Below the pieces are notes generated by a model that ran no database searches, was not told the DNA's origin, and saw only the letters and a list, made by a program, of their open reading frames with translations. Position numbers and translations under genes: made by a program. Of a DNA stretch of 64,000 bases, positions 18,707-28,675 are shown piece after piece; position 1 is the stretch's first letter, and every line of letters starts with the position of its first letter. Origin of the DNA: a virus; the IMG/VR virus record IMGVR_UViG_3300045988_122072, positions 64,001 through 128,000 of that record, one strand, 5' to 3'.

Positions 18707-19210
18707 ATGCAGATTAATCGTGTGTGGGCTATGCCGAATAGCAAGACATTTCAAATTAAACCAATTAGAGAATTAATCAACAAATATGCATATGGGGTTA
18801 TTGTAGATCCATTCGCTAATGATAGTAAAATTGGAACCATTACCAATGATTTGGATGAACAATATGATACTGATTACCACATGGATGCTTTGGATTTTTT
18901 GAAGATGCTTGGAGACAATTCTGTTGATACTGTTCTGTATGATCCGCCATACTCACCACGTCAAGTGTCAGAATGTTACACATCACTTGGCAAAACAGTA
19001 AATATGCAAACAACACAAGCATCTTACTGGAGCAAACAAAAGGAGCAAATTGGCAGAATCGTCAAGAAAGATGGTATTGTAATTACTTGCTGCTGGAACA
19101 GCGGCGGCATTGGTAAGAAATATGGATTTGAAATTGAAGAAATTCTGCTTGTTCCGCATGGCGGTTGGCATAATGACACAATTGTAACAGTTGAAAGAAA
19201 AGTAGTGTAA
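18707..19210 (+). CDS. DNA N6-adenine/N4-cytosine methyltransferase (DPPY type)
   Basis: VDPFAN (motif I-like) followed by LYDPPYS (motif IV). Confidence 0.65.
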   Translation: MQINRVWAMPNSKTFQIKPIRELINKYAYGVIVDPFANDSKIGTITNDLDEQYDTDYHMDALDFLKMLGDNSVDTVLYDPPYSPRQVSECYTSLGKTVNMQTTQASYWSKQKEQIGRIVKKDGIVITCCWNSGGIGKKYGFEIEEILLVPHGGWHNDTIVTVERKVV

Positions 19211-19226
19211 AAGTAGGAGGAACGTT

Positions 19227-19613
19227 ATGACCTGTATCGAAAAGTACAACGAACAAAAAAATATAACAACCAAGATTATTAGCAATCTTAATAAGGCTAA
19301 GGGTCTTACTGCTATTGGAGAGAAAGACCCTCGCAATGATAAATATGGATTTAATTTTTACGACCATAGTATTTGGGGTGATGATATCCCTGTATATTTT
19401 CATGCGTCATATGGGTATTATGGGGATTCCGGTGGTTATAATGCTTGCTGCCCAGAGATGCAGAAGTATCTTTTAAGAGCACTTAATTATTATAAGGATG
19501 ATATTGTAAATTATATTATGGAACAAGCAGAAAAGGATAAGAATGATGCTCTGTTAGCTTGCAAGCAAGAAGCCGAGAGTATTTTAAAGCAAATTGAAGA
19601 GAAGACGTTTTGA
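19227..19613 (+). CDS. hypothetical protein
   Basis: ORF track; RBS TAGGAGG. Confidence 0.5.
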   Translation: MTCIEKYNEQKNITTKIISNLNKAKGLTAIGEKDPRNDKYGFNFYDHSIWGDDIPVYFHASYGYYGDSGGYNACCPEMQKYLLRALNYYKDDIVNYIMEQAEKDKNDALLACKQEAESILKQIEEKTF

Positions 19614-19628
19614 GAATATGAAATTAAT
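19614..19628 (+). promoter_or_regulatory. leader motif variant (GAATATGAAATTAAT)
   Basis: Abuts RBS GGAGGAGG. Confidence 0.4.
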
Positions 19629-19645
19629 GGAGGAGGTGTGAGAGA

Positions 19646-20692
19646 ATGTCTGCTTTAAAAGATTTAACTGGGCAAACAAAAGGGGATTGGACAGTAAAAA
19701 GAAGAGTAGATCCTCCAGAAAATGCTAAGGTTAAAAATAGACCATGGTATCTTCTTGAATGCAATAGGGGACATAATAGAATATGCATGGGGCAAAATTT
19801 TTCAAATGGGAAAGTAACTCAATGTCATGAATGTGCGGCTATTATAAGAGAGGAAAAGAAACAAAAGAAAAGAGAAGAAGCTCTAACAATAGAGCAAGTT
19901 CGCAAACTCACAATTGATAAACATAGACAAATTAAATTAGGTGAAGAACGATTAAATAATGATGGAGATTTAATGAAACTAGTTGAATATAATGGAAGTA
20001 CATCTGTCACAATTGAGTTTCAAGACGAGTTTAAGCATAGAACCACTACATGGTATGCCAATTTTAAAAAGGGGACAATGAAAAACCCATATCATAAATT
20101 GTTATATGGCAGAGGTTATATAGGCGTTGGGCCATACGAGCAAACTATTAATCGTAAATCGACTAGAGAATATGATATGTGGAGAAGAATGTTTGATAGG
20201 TGTTATAGTGGAAAACAACCAGCATATGACGATTGTGAAGTTTGTGAAGAATGGTGGAATTTCCAAAATTTTGCAAAATGGTACAGAGAACATTATTATG
20301 AAATTCCAGGGCAAAACATGCAAGTCGATAAGGATTGGCTACGTGTCGGGAATAGAATTTATTGTCCTGAAAATTGTTGCATAGTCCCTCAAATAATCAA
20401 TACATGTCTATTGACTCATACAAAACATAATGAATCAAATATTCCAAATGGTGTTAGCATTACTACGTCAAATAGATACAAAGCTAGATGCTCAGTAGAG
20501 GGGAAAAGAAAAGATTTAGGAACATACAGTACTATAGAAGAAGCATTTAATGTTTATAAAGAATTTAAAATTGAATATATAAGAAATTTAGCAGAAAAAT
20601 ATAAAGATTATTTACCAGAAAATTTATATCAAGCAATGTTAAATTATAGAAATACTTTTGAAGTAAGGAGTAAATATTCTTTAATGGATTAA
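19646..20692 (+). CDS. free-standing homing-endonuclease-like protein with AP2-type DNA-binding domain
   Basis: GVSITTSNRYKARCSVEGKRKDLGTYSTIEEA (AP2-like). N-terminal LTGQTKGDWTV resembles the start of the 57585 HNH gene. Sits between the methyltransferase and polymerase genes. Confidence 0.5.
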   Translation: MSALKDLTGQTKGDWTVKRRVDPPENAKVKNRPWYLLECNRGHNRICMGQNFSNGKVTQCHECAAIIREEKKQKKREEALTIEQVRKLTIDKHRQIKLGEERLNNDGDLMKLVEYNGSTSVTIEFQDEFKHRTTTWYANFKKGTMKNPYHKLLYGRGYIGVGPYEQTINRKSTREYDMWRRMFDRCYSGKQPAYDDCEVCEEWWNFQNFAKWYREHYYEIPGQNMQVDKDWLRVGNRIYCPENCCIVPQIINTCLLTHTKHNESNIPNGVSITTSNRYKARCSVEGKRKDLGTYSTIEEAFNVYKEFKIEYIRNLAEKYKDYLPENLYQAMLNYRNTFEVRSKYSLMD

Positions 20693-20705
20693 AGGAGGTG
20701 ACATA

Positions 20706-23700
20706 ATGCAAAATTACCATCGTCATACAAGTTATAGCGAAGGTGATAGCGCTGCAATGCCTGAAGAATATGCGAAAAGAGCAGTAGAACTTGGGCACAA
20801 AGTCATTAGTTCTGTAGAGCATGGATGGCAAGGCTATTATCACAAAGCATTTGAATTGGCAAAAGAATATAATTTGAAATTTATTTTTGGTACAGAAGCA
20901 TATTGGGTCAAGGATCGTCAGAAAGAATATGAAGAATATGATAAAGAAACTGGTGAAGTTAAGAAAAATAAAGATGGAACAATTCGTACCAATAAAGATA
21001 AGTCAAATAACCATATAATTATTCTTGCTAAAAATGAGAATGGAAGACGATCCATAAATCGTATTTTGTCTGATGCCAACGAAACGGGATATTATTACAA
21101 GCCCAGAATTGACCTTGATTTAATTTTTTCACTTCCTGCAGATGATGTGTTTATTACAACTGCGTGTGTTGCGTTTTGGAAATATGAAGATAGTGATGAT
21201 ATTGTAAAGCACATGCATGATTATTTCAAAGATAATTTTATGCTAGAGATTCAGAATCATAATACTGCAAGACAGATTGCATTGAACAAGCATATTAAAG
21301 AATTGTCCGAGAAATATAACATTCCAATGATAGTTGGTCTTGACAGCCACTATATTTATCCAGAACAATCTGTAGAAAGAGATGATATTCTCGCTGGGCG
21401 CAATATCCAATTCGACGACAATGAAGTTGGTTGGTATATGGATTATCCAGATGACGACACTGTACATAAGAGATTTGCAGAACAGGGAGTGTTCGATGCA
21501 GAAACCGTGCAGAAAGCTATGGACAATACTGACATTCTGCTAACTTTTGATGACTATGATAATGTACCAGTATTTACTACTGATATTAAATTGCCTACAT
21601 TGTATCCAGACAAGACACAAGAGGCACGAAATAAAATATATAGCCAGCTTATTTCTAGACTTTTTAAAGACTACGTAAAACATGTTCCAAAGGACAAGTA
21701 TAAAGAATATTTTGATGGAGTTAAGCAAGAAGTATCTGTGTATAAAGAAACAGGGATGGTAGATTATCCATTAATGGACTACGCTATTATCAAACGTGGT
21801 ATTGAAAAGGGTGGACTAATTACAACTACTGGTCGTGGTAGTGCGGTTGGTTACTTTACAAATACTCTATGCGGATTTTCTAAGGTGGATAGATTTACAT
21901 CTCCTATTAAATTATATCCAGAGCGTTTCATTAGTAAGACAAGAATTCTTGAGACCCATAGCCTCCCAGATTTGGACATGAATCTCGGAACAGTAGAACC
22001 TTTTGCGGAAGCTCAGAAAGAGATTCTTGGAGAGGATCATGCATATCCAATGATTGCTTTCGGTACATTGAAGAAGAAGTCTGCGTTTAAACTTTATGCA
22101 AGAGCAACTAACTTGGATTATGAAATTGCTAATGAGATTTCTAAACAGCTTGATAAATATGAAGAAGCTGTTAAATATGCAGACGATGATGAAAAAGATG
22201 AAATTAATATTTACGATTTCATTGACGAGAAGTATAAGAAGTATATTGATCAGAGCAAAAAGTATTGGGGCGTAATTGACCATAAGAATAAAGCTCCTTG
22301 TGCATATCTTCTATATCAAGGAAGTATCAGAGAAGAAATTGGACTTATAAAGTGCAAAAGTGAGAGTACAAAGCGTGAATATATTACTGCTGTTATTGAT
22401 GGCGCAATTGCAGAAAAATATAAGTTCCTTAAAAATGATCTACTTAAAGTAGATGTCGTTCTGCTTATTGATATGATTTATAAGCGTATTGGAATCCCAG
22501 TACATACCGCTAGTGAAATTAGTGATCTTGTTGATGGAGATAAAAAAGTGTGGGATATTTATGCCAATGGATATACCATTGGTGTCAATCAGTGCGAAAA
22601 AGAATCTGCAATGAGGAAACTTAGAAAGTATAAACCTCAGAATATTTCAGAATTAGCTGCTTGGATTGCAGCAATTCGTCCTGCTTTTAAATCAATGTAT
22701 TCTAAGTTTGAATCACGAGAACATTTTGAATATGGAATTAAGGCTTTTGATAAGATTCTTCAAACACCACAATTCCCATATTCTTATATTCTTTATCAAG
22801 AGCAGAGTATGAATACACTAAACTATGCTGGGTTCCCTCTTGATGAGTGCTATGGCATCATTAAAGCTATTGCAAAGAAGCATCCAGAAAAGGTTCGTCC
22901 TTTGAAATCTAGATTCATTGAAGGATTCAAGAAGCGTATTATGGAAGACGATCATATTCCAGATGCAGAAGCAGAAGAAATGAGTGCAAAGGTGTGGCAG
23001 ATTATTGACGACTCCTGCGGTTACGGATTTAATAGTGCCCATGCTTATTGTATGGCTCTTGATAGCCTGTATTGTGCATGGCTAAAAGCTCATTATCCAT
23101 ATGAATTTTATGAAGTTCTTCTGCAGGTATTTTCTGATAAGGGCAAAAAGGATAAAGTTCAAGCGCTTAAACAGGAAATGCAAGGAGCTTTTGGAATTAA
23201 AGAGGGAGCATATAAATTTGGAGTAGATAATAGAAAATTTGTAGCAGATAAAGAAAATCATACAATCAATCCTTCATTATTATCAATCAAGGGTCTGAGC
23301 CAAGCTTGTGCCGATGATTTATATGAACTTTCACAAAGCAGACAGTTTAATAATTTTGTAGAACTTCTTCAAGCCATGACCAAAATTCCTAGTCTGAATT
23401 CTGCAAAAATAGACACGCTTATAAAGATTGGTTATTTCTCTCAATTTGGAAGCATAGGTACTTTACTACGTATAGTGGATCTCTATAATCTCTATGCAGG
23501 AAAGAAACTTCTCAAGAAAGATAAGTGCTCATTGCCTCCAGAAATTCTATCTAAGTATTGTACAGAAACCGCAAAGCAGTACAAAATTACCGATTCAGAC
23601 GGACTACTACAGGAACTATGTGGTATGATACCAAAGGACTGTCATGTACCATTGATGAGCGAGATTCAGTGGCAACAGGAATATCTCGGTTATTGTTCTA

Positions 23701-23975
23701 TTATTATGCCAGAGCAGAAAGATGTAGGTTATGTAATGAACGTGGATTGCAAGTATTCTCCGAAGATCACTATGTACCTCTTAAACAAAGGGGCCACAGT
23801 CACATATAAACTTTCTAAAGCAGCTTATCAGAAGCAGCCATTTGATACAGGGGATTTTATTCAAATGCGCACAGAACAACGTAATAAGTCTAGAAAGACG
23901 GAGAATGGTTGGGAGAAGGTACCGAACGAGTACGATACTTGGATTACGGCATATATCATAAAAAATAATTTCTAG
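20706..23975 (+). CDS. dnaE: DNA polymerase III alpha subunit (DnaE-type, N-terminal PHP domain)
   Basis: HRHTSYSEGDS PHP start, GRGSAVGY palm motif, 1089 aa. Confidence 0.9.
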   Translation: MQNYHRHTSYSEGDSAAMPEEYAKRAVELGHKVISSVEHGWQGYYHKAFELAKEYNLKFIFGTEAYWVKDRQKEYEEYDKETGEVKKNKDGTIRTNKDKSNNHIIILAKNENGRRSINRILSDANETGYYYKPRIDLDLIFSLPADDVFITTACVAFWKYEDSDDIVKHMHDYFKDNFMLEIQNHNTARQIALNKHIKELSEKYNIPMIVGLDSHYIYPEQSVERDDILAGRNIQFDDNEVGWYMDYPDDDTVHKRFAEQGVFDAETVQKAMDNTDILLTFDDYDNVPVFTTDIKLPTLYPDKTQEARNKIYSQLISRLFKDYVKHVPKDKYKEYFDGVKQEVSVYKETGMVDYPLMDYAIIKRGIEKGGLITTTGRGSAVGYFTNTLCGFSKVDRFTSPIKLYPERFISKTRILETHSLPDLDMNLGTVEPFAEAQKEILGEDHAYPMIAFGTLKKKSAFKLYARATNLDYEIANEISKQLDKYEEAVKYADDDEKDEINIYDFIDEKYKKYIDQSKKYWGVIDHKNKAPCAYLLYQGSIREEIGLIKCKSESTKREYITAVIDGAIAEKYKFLKNDLLKVDVVLLIDMIYKRIGIPVHTASEISDLVDGDKKVWDIYANGYTIGVNQCEKESAMRKLRKYKPQNISELAAWIAAIRPAFKSMYSKFESREHFEYGIKAFDKILQTPQFPYSYILYQEQSMNTLNYAGFPLDECYGIIKAIAKKHPEKVRPLKSRFIEGFKKRIMEDDHIPDAEAEEMSAKVWQIIDDSCGYGFNSAHAYCMALDSLYCAWLKAHYPYEFYEVLLQVFSDKGKKDKVQALKQEMQGAFGIKEGAYKFGVDNRKFVADKENHTINPSLLSIKGLSQACADDLYELSQSRQFNNFVELLQAMTKIPSLNSAKIDTLIKIGYFSQFGSIGTLLRIVDLYNLYAGKKLLKKDKCSLPPEILSKYCTETAKQYKITDSDGLLQELCGMIPKDCHVPLMSEIQWQQEYLGYCSIIMPEQKDVGYVMNVDCKYSPKITMYLLNKGATVTYKLSKAAYQKQPFDTGDFIQMRTEQRNKSRKTENGWEKVPNEYDTWITAYIIKNNF

Positions 23976-23980
23976 ACCTC

Positions 23981-24008
23981 TTGACAAATCCAAAATCTAT
24001 GCTATAAT
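23981..24008 (+). promoter_or_regulatory. sigma-A-type promoter (cctcTTGACAAAT class)
   Basis: TTGACA, 16-nt spacer, TATAAT. Confidence 0.6.
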
Positions 24009-24060
24009 ACAGACACAGTCAAGGGGCGATTCAAAACTTACACATACTGCGAATTGCCTC

Positions 24061-24088
24061 TTGACAAATTAAAATTTTGTGTTATAAT
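24061..24088 (+). promoter_or_regulatory. sigma-A-type promoter (cctcTTGACAAAT class)
   Basis: TTGACA, 16-nt spacer, TATAAT; 80 nt downstream of the previous promoter. Confidence 0.65.
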
Positions 24089-24090
24089 CA

Positions 24091-24105
24091 CAATACAAAA
24101 TTAAT
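24091..24105 (+). promoter_or_regulatory. leader motif copy (CAATACAAAATTAAT)
   Basis: Exact 15-mer beginning 3 nt after the -10 box. Confidence 0.6.
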
Positions 24106-24120
24106 GAAGGAGAATTTAAA

Positions 24121-24315
24121 ATGAAGATGATCCCTGAAAAAGACAGAGACTTTCGGAAGTGTTACTTCTGCGGTGGTTTTCACACCAAAGAAAATCCTGT
24201 GGCTTTTGAACTGGATGTAGATGAGACAACTATTCCAGAGAGTGAAGCAAAGTTTCTTGGCGGTTCAGTTTATTGTTGTAAAAAGTGCTTAGAGAAGGAG
24301 TGGATGGCAACATAA
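24121..24315 (+). CDS. zinc-ribbon small protein
   Basis: CYFCGG...CCKKC; RBS GAAGGAG. Confidence 0.5.
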   Translation: MKMIPEKDRDFRKCYFCGGFHTKENPVAFELDVDETTIPESEAKFLGGSVYCCKKCLEKEWMAT

Positions 24316-24399
24316 TGGAACTTCTGATTTTGGCAGTTATTGCTTTTGTTTTTGGTGGCATCTGGTGCGCTATCTTTGGAAGGAATTGGAGGAAGACAG

Positions 24400-24741
24400 A
24401 TGACGATTCTGAATCAATACGAGATTCTTAAAAATGTAACCCCAACTTGGTGGATTATTACCCTTATGGCATTGATTGTATTTATTTTTATCATGACTAT
24501 TATTGCAACCGAAAGCACATCAAGGTCTGCACTGGCAGTCTTATCCTTTGCTATTATTTTCACCATTGTATGGGGATGGGTAGTGAGGCCCATTGTGACT
24601 AAAGAGGACATTCCAACAGGTCGTTATCGTTACGAATGCACAATTGATGATGATGCGTCATTCATTGATATTTATGAGAAGTACATTGTAGTTGAGCAGC
24701 GTGGAGATTTGTGGGTTTTGGAGGATAAAGATGACACTTGA
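24400..24741 (+). CDS. membrane protein, paralog of 25543..25872
   Basis: Start ATG 24400 behind RBS GGAGGAAG. MTILNQYEI..., two TM segments, C-terminal VEQRGDLWVLEDK shared with the paralog. Confidence 0.55.
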   Translation: MTILNQYEILKNVTPTWWIITLMALIVFIFIMTIIATESTSRSALAVLSFAIIFTIVWGWVVRPIVTKEDIPTGRYRYECTIDDDASFIDIYEKYIVVEQRGDLWVLEDKDDT

Positions 24742-24913
24742 TAGCTTATTCCTTTGTCCAAAGTGCCAGAGTAATGACCACGAAGAGATTAGTAAGGAAT
24801 TTTGTGTTGATGACGGCAAGTTTTATGTGAAATGTCTTTGTAGTAATTGTGGATACCTCTATAAATATCGTTTTTGGTTTGACTTTTATTTGAATGAAGA
24901 AGAGGAGAATTGA
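24731..24913 (+). CDS. zinc-ribbon small protein
   Basis: CPKCQ...CSNCG; ATG 24731 behind RBS GGAGGA. Confidence 0.4.
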   Translation: MTLDSLFLCPKCQSNDHEEISKEFCVDDGKFYVKCLCSNCGYLYKYRFWFDFYLNEEEEN

Positions 24914-24914
24914 A

Positions 24915-25349
24915 ATGACTTATACTTTTGGCAGACAGGTTCCCACTGGCTATTATGCGTATCTCAATCGAAAGGGCACTCTCATCATTGGGAGGCAGAC
25001 TTTTGATGGAAGATGTAATATCTTTTCAGGTAGCTATAGCGAAGCGAAAGAGCGTGGTCTTATCAATCGTCTTGCTTTTGATGCTCCACGCATTCATCGA
25101 AATATCGCAGAACATTATGAAGATTGGTCGGAAATTAGTCGTCCGAAGGTTGAAGACAGAGTAGTAAGACACGAAGACTTCTATGAAGGCGACGAAGAAG
25201 CGAATAGAATGGGTTGGCAGGTAATGTCGGTGTCTTCGTATTATGTCAATGATCCGTGGAATAATAAGGAATATGTGGGTTATACAAGACTTCTGCGTCG
25301 TGTTCCGCGCGACATCAATACGGATAAAGTTATTTATGAGGAGGGCTAA
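24915..25349 (+). CDS. hypothetical protein
   Basis: ATG 24915 behind RBS AGAGGAG. Confidence 0.5.
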   Translation: MTYTFGRQVPTGYYAYLNRKGTLIIGRQTFDGRCNIFSGSYSEAKERGLINRLAFDAPRIHRNIAEHYEDWSEISRPKVEDRVVRHEDFYEGDEEANRMGWQVMSVSSYYVNDPWNNKEYVGYTRLLRRVPRDINTDKVIYEEG

Positions 25350-25354
25350 TTATA

Positions 25355-25543
25355 ATGAGTATCAATATTTGGCAACTTGAAATTCTTGATAACGAGACAC
25401 ATGAGAATGTCCACTCGATGTATTTCCTTACTCGCAGAGGTGCTCGTCATTATGGTGCGAAGCGAGAGAAGGAGTGGAAGGAGTACGGCTGGACTTGGAC
25501 TTATGGTGGTGAACCGTTGTATTTCGGGAGGGTTAGAGACTAA
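25355..25543 (+). CDS. hypothetical small protein
   Basis: ORF track; RBS GAGGAGGG. Confidence 0.4.
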   Translation: MSINIWQLEILDNETHENVHSMYFLTRRGARHYGAKREKEWKEYGWTWTYGGEPLYFGRVRD

Positions 25544-25872
25544 TGACAATTGTAAATCAGTATCCTATTATGGAGCTTATGACACCTGTTTGGGTAATCC
25601 TTCTTCTTTGTATTGTTACTTGTGTTTTTGCTTTTCTCGCAACAAAGACTCTTATAGAAGAAGATTGGAGAATAGCGAGTGTTCTATTTGGAGTTACTTT
25701 AGTCTTTGGAATAGCTTTATGTCTTGCCGCAAATATAAAACAAGAGGGTAAGCGAAATCGTTATGAATGTCTGATTAATAATACAATATCTTTTGTAGAA
25801 GTGGCTGAAAATTATGATATTGTCGAACAACGCGGAGATCTGTGGATTCTGGAGGATAAAATAGATGAGTAA
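25543..25872 (+). CDS. membrane protein, paralog of 24400..24741
   Basis: MTIVNQYPI..., two TM segments, VEQRGDLWILEDK. Confidence 0.55.
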   Translation: MTIVNQYPIMELMTPVWVILLLCIVTCVFAFLATKTLIEEDWRIASVLFGVTLVFGIALCLAANIKQEGKRNRYECLINNTISFVEVAENYDIVEQRGDLWILEDKIDE

Positions 25873-26107
25873 TGTTCGCTGTGATTTTTATGTACAGATG
25901 TCAAAGGATAGAAAACTCTCTATCAAAGAAGGTATTACTTTGGATGAGCTTGCTTATGTCCTTTCTTCTTTCTTCGAACGCGAAGAAAATTGGCATAAGA
26001 TGAAGGAGTGTTGGCTTGAAAATGGGAAGTCTAAGGACTTTCAGCATTTGATGAAAGAAGCACTGCTTGGGGCTTATGACACTTTCTGTACAGATGAATT
26101 CGGTTGA
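25865..26107 (+). CDS. hypothetical protein
   Basis: ORF track; RBS GGAGGA. Confidence 0.45.
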   Translation: MSNVRCDFYVQMSKDRKLSIKEGITLDELAYVLSSFFEREENWHKMKECWLENGKSKDFQHLMKEALLGAYDTFCTDEFG

Positions 26108-26121
26108 AAGGAGATTTGAAA

Positions 26122-26403
26122 ATGAATATCTATAGGATTTGGGTTGACGAGTGGCTTGGTTATGATACCTATGATAGTGCGATTGTCGTGGCTAAGGACG
26201 AAGAGTCTGCGCGACATATTCATCCGCGAGGCGCTGCGCGTGGGTGGAATGAAAAAACTCGCCGTTATGATAAATTGTGGTATGAGAGTGATGAGCCTCT
26301 TGACAGTTGGGTAATGCCAGAAAGAGTAAATGTTAGACTGGTTGGAACAACAGAGATTTTCCACGAAGGGACGGTTCTGTGCTCGAGCTATAATGCGGGG
26401 TAA
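26122..26403 (+). CDS. hypothetical protein
   Basis: ATG 26122 behind RBS AAAGGAG. Confidence 0.5.
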   Translation: MNIYRIWVDEWLGYDTYDSAIVVAKDEESARHIHPRGAARGWNEKTRRYDKLWYESDEPLDSWVMPERVNVRLVGTTEIFHEGTVLCSSYNAG

Positions 26404-26409
26404 ACGGGT

Positions 26410-26559
26410 ATGAGATGTGTCGAAGTAAAACTCTGTGAGGGCATCAATGAATTGAGAAGGTTTATTGAGGAAGCTAATAGAAAAAGCTATGAAATTATTG
26501 CTATGACAGAAGTAGTGCGTGGCTATACTTCTTATTATACAATTCTCTATAGGACGTGA
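26410..26559 (+). CDS. hypothetical small protein (49 aa)
   Basis: Hand translation MRCVEVKLCEGINELRRF...; weak RBS. Confidence 0.3.
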   Translation: MRCVEVKLCEGINELRRFIEEANRKSYEIIAMTEVVRGYTSYYTILYRT

Positions 26560-26563
26560 TGAA

Positions 26564-26773
26564 ATGAAAATGATTTATTGCCCAAAATGCGGTGCCAAGC
26601 TCTATTCAAATACAGCCGGATATTACTGCACTAATCTTACTTGTCTCCTTCATATTCGTCCTAACGGAATTTGGGATGAAAATCCGTGGTGGTATTATAT
26701 GCCATCAGAAGATTATCATCGCACTTATTATGAAGTGGATGAAAATCCAAAGGAGGTTCGTCAGTGGATGTAG
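26564..26773 (+). CDS. zinc-ribbon small protein
   Basis: MKMIYCPKCGAKLY...CTNLTC; weak RBS. Confidence 0.45.
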   Translation: MKMIYCPKCGAKLYSNTAGYYCTNLTCLLHIRPNGIWDENPWWYYMPSEDYHRTYYEVDENPKEVRQWM

Positions 26774-26912
26774 AAGAAGTAAAGACTAAGGAAAACCCCG
26801 AAGTGAAAATTGCTGAAGTTGTTGAGGATATTAGTGATACGAGAGAAGATCCGGCAGAGCTTGTGCGTCTAATACATGATCTATTTTATAACGGTGAAGG
26901 GCCATGGTATAG

Positions 26913-27116
26913 ATGATACTGTGCGGAGAAGGTTGTATTCCCTGCTGTGACTTTTGTATTTACTCAATTCGTGATATTTGGGTTGATGAAAATGGCTGGG
27001 AAAATGACCAAGGGCCAAAAGGATGCGCGAAATATAATGATGAAGCGCACCAAGATATAGCATTTGATAATGGTTTTTGTGAAGATTTTCATTGTTTTAG
27101 AGCTAAAAATAATTAA
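26913..27116 (+). CDS. hypothetical Cys-rich small protein
   Basis: ORF track; weak RBS. Confidence 0.4.
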   Translation: MILCGEGCIPCCDFCIYSIRDIWVDENGWENDQGPKGCAKYNDEAHQDIAFDNGFCEDFHCFRAKNN

Positions 27117-27124
27117 AATATCTC

Positions 27125-27152
27125 TTGACAAATAAGAAAAACGTGTTATAAT
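27125..27152 (+). promoter_or_regulatory. sigma-A-type promoter (ctcTTGACAAAT class)
   Basis: TTGACA, 16-nt spacer, TATAAT. Confidence 0.65.
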
Positions 27153-27169
27153 CTAGACAGTAAGAAACA

Positions 27170-27184
27170 CAAAACAAAATTAAA
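27170..27184 (+). promoter_or_regulatory. leader motif variant (CAAAACAAAATTAAA)
   Basis: 18 nt after the -10 box. Confidence 0.5.
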
Positions 27185-27210
27185 GTAAAATCAAAAAGGA
27201 GAATTGAGTT

Positions 27211-27795
27211 ATGACAAATGTGTTCAATGGTATGTTCGGAAAGATTGCTCCCGGTATGTGCCGACTTTCTATGAGCGGAGGAATCGCTGTTAAGACTTCC
27301 AATGGCTATAAGAGCTATAATGTGAAGAATGGGCGTCTTACAAATTGTGACAGCTTTGTTTTTGACATTGGCGAAGAGTTCTTCTTCGTTATGCCAACCA
27401 ACAAGGTTGAAGTTGGAGACATTATTCTAGTGTCTGGCAAGCCAAAGTGTGTTATTAAGGCTGAGAAGGAGACCATTACGGTTATTAATTATGAGGATTC
27501 TACTGTAGAAACCGTCCTCCCTGAGCGTCATGTATTTATGGGAAGTACTTATTTCTATGGTAAGATCGTATCTATGTTCGGTAACAATTTTATGAAGGGC
27601 AAGAAGGGTGTGGACAAGATGATGTCTTATATGGTCATGTCCGAGATGATGAAGGGTGGTAATGGTTCAAGCAACGGAATGAATTCTATGCTTCCTATGA
27701 TGATGCTTATGAATGGCGGTAATATGTCGGATATGTTTAGCGGAATGTTTAATTTTGATATTGATGCAATCGACGATGAAAGTGAGGCTGAGTAA
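27211..27795 (+). CDS. hypothetical protein with Met/Gly/Asn-rich low-complexity C-terminus
   Basis: RBS AAAAGGAG; tail MMSYMVMSEMMKGGNGSSNGMNSMLPMMMLMNGGNMSDMFSGMF. Confidence 0.55.
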   Translation: MTNVFNGMFGKIAPGMCRLSMSGGIAVKTSNGYKSYNVKNGRLTNCDSFVFDIGEEFFFVMPTNKVEVGDIILVSGKPKCVIKAEKETITVINYEDSTVETVLPERHVFMGSTYFYGKIVSMFGNNFMKGKKGVDKMMSYMVMSEMMKGGNGSSNGMNSMLPMMMLMNGGNMSDMFSGMFNFDIDAIDDESEAE

Positions 27796-27797
27796 TT

Positions 27798-28661
27798 ATG
27801 GGTGGCGGTTCTTGGACGAGAGATAACTTTACTAGCTATGTAACTACTGCAAAGTGTGCAATGGTAGACGATTTTGGTGTTGTCAGAGGACTAAATAGTG
27901 TTCAGGATAATTTTAAATCGAGATGCCTAGTGGCGGAGCTTAATCCTAAAAATGTTGTTCGCGAGTGTGTAGATTCCGCAGAGCATCCCAATACAAAGCC
28001 TGTTATTCTAGCACTCGATGTCACTGGTAGTATGGGCAGTGCAGCCATGGAAGTTGCAAAGCAGATCAATGTTGTTATGACAAGCCTATATGAGAAGATG
28101 ACAGATGTTGAATTTATGATTATGGGCATTGGAGATCTTGCTTATGATAACGCTCCAATTCAGGCATCTCAGTTTGAATCAGATATCAGAATCGCAGAAC
28201 AGCTTGATAAAATTTATTTTGAGGGCGGTGGCGGCGGCAATTCTTATGAGTCCTATACTGCCGCATGGTATTTTGGGCTTAATCATACCAAACTAGATTG
28301 TTGGAATCGTGGGCAGAAGGGTGTTATTATTACAATGGGTGATGAACCTTTGAATCCGTATCTGCCTAAGAATACTCTATCTGTTGCGACTGGTGATAAC
28401 CTACAGGATGATGTTGAGACAGCTCAGCTTTACAAGGATGCTTCTGAGAAGTTTGATATCTACCATTTGTATGTAAAGCATGGGTATGGTCGTTATGAAG
28501 AAGCCGTTAAGGATACTTTCGGCAAGTTTCTTGATACGAATCATCTCAAGACTACATCTGTAAATAAGATTGCAGATGACATTATTGAGATTGTAACAAA
28601 TGCATTTACTGGAAGCGATACAAGTACATTTGTAAATACTAGCGAAGGAATTTCTTGGTAA
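27798..28661 (+). CDS. von Willebrand factor A (VWA) domain protein
   Basis: MIDAS-like LALDVTGSMGS; later GGGGGNSYES. Confidence 0.65.
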   Translation: MGGGSWTRDNFTSYVTTAKCAMVDDFGVVRGLNSVQDNFKSRCLVAELNPKNVVRECVDSAEHPNTKPVILALDVTGSMGSAAMEVAKQINVVMTSLYEKMTDVEFMIMGIGDLAYDNAPIQASQFESDIRIAEQLDKIYFEGGGGGNSYESYTAAWYFGLNHTKLDCWNRGQKGVIITMGDEPLNPYLPKNTLSVATGDNLQDDVETAQLYKDASEKFDIYHLYVKHGYGRYEEAVKDTFGKFLDTNHLKTTSVNKIADDIIEIVTNAFTGSDTSTFVNTSEGISW

Positions 28662-28675
28662 GAGGAGATAAACAC

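Noticed and set aside
23558-23809. Nested same-strand alternative-frame ORFs inside large genes (for example 23558..23809 in dnaE, 11045..11233, 40429..40722, 49736..49936)
   Set aside because: They are embedded in the frames of confidently identified proteins and have no RBS. Their translations are low-complexity or Arg/Cys-rich.
24009-24060. Small RNA between the tandem promoters at 23981 and 24061
   Set aside because: A 10-bp stem (24023-32 with 24051-60) exists. However, its 3' strand is simply the conserved cctc upstream element of the second promoter, and no terminator follows. It is probably incidental.
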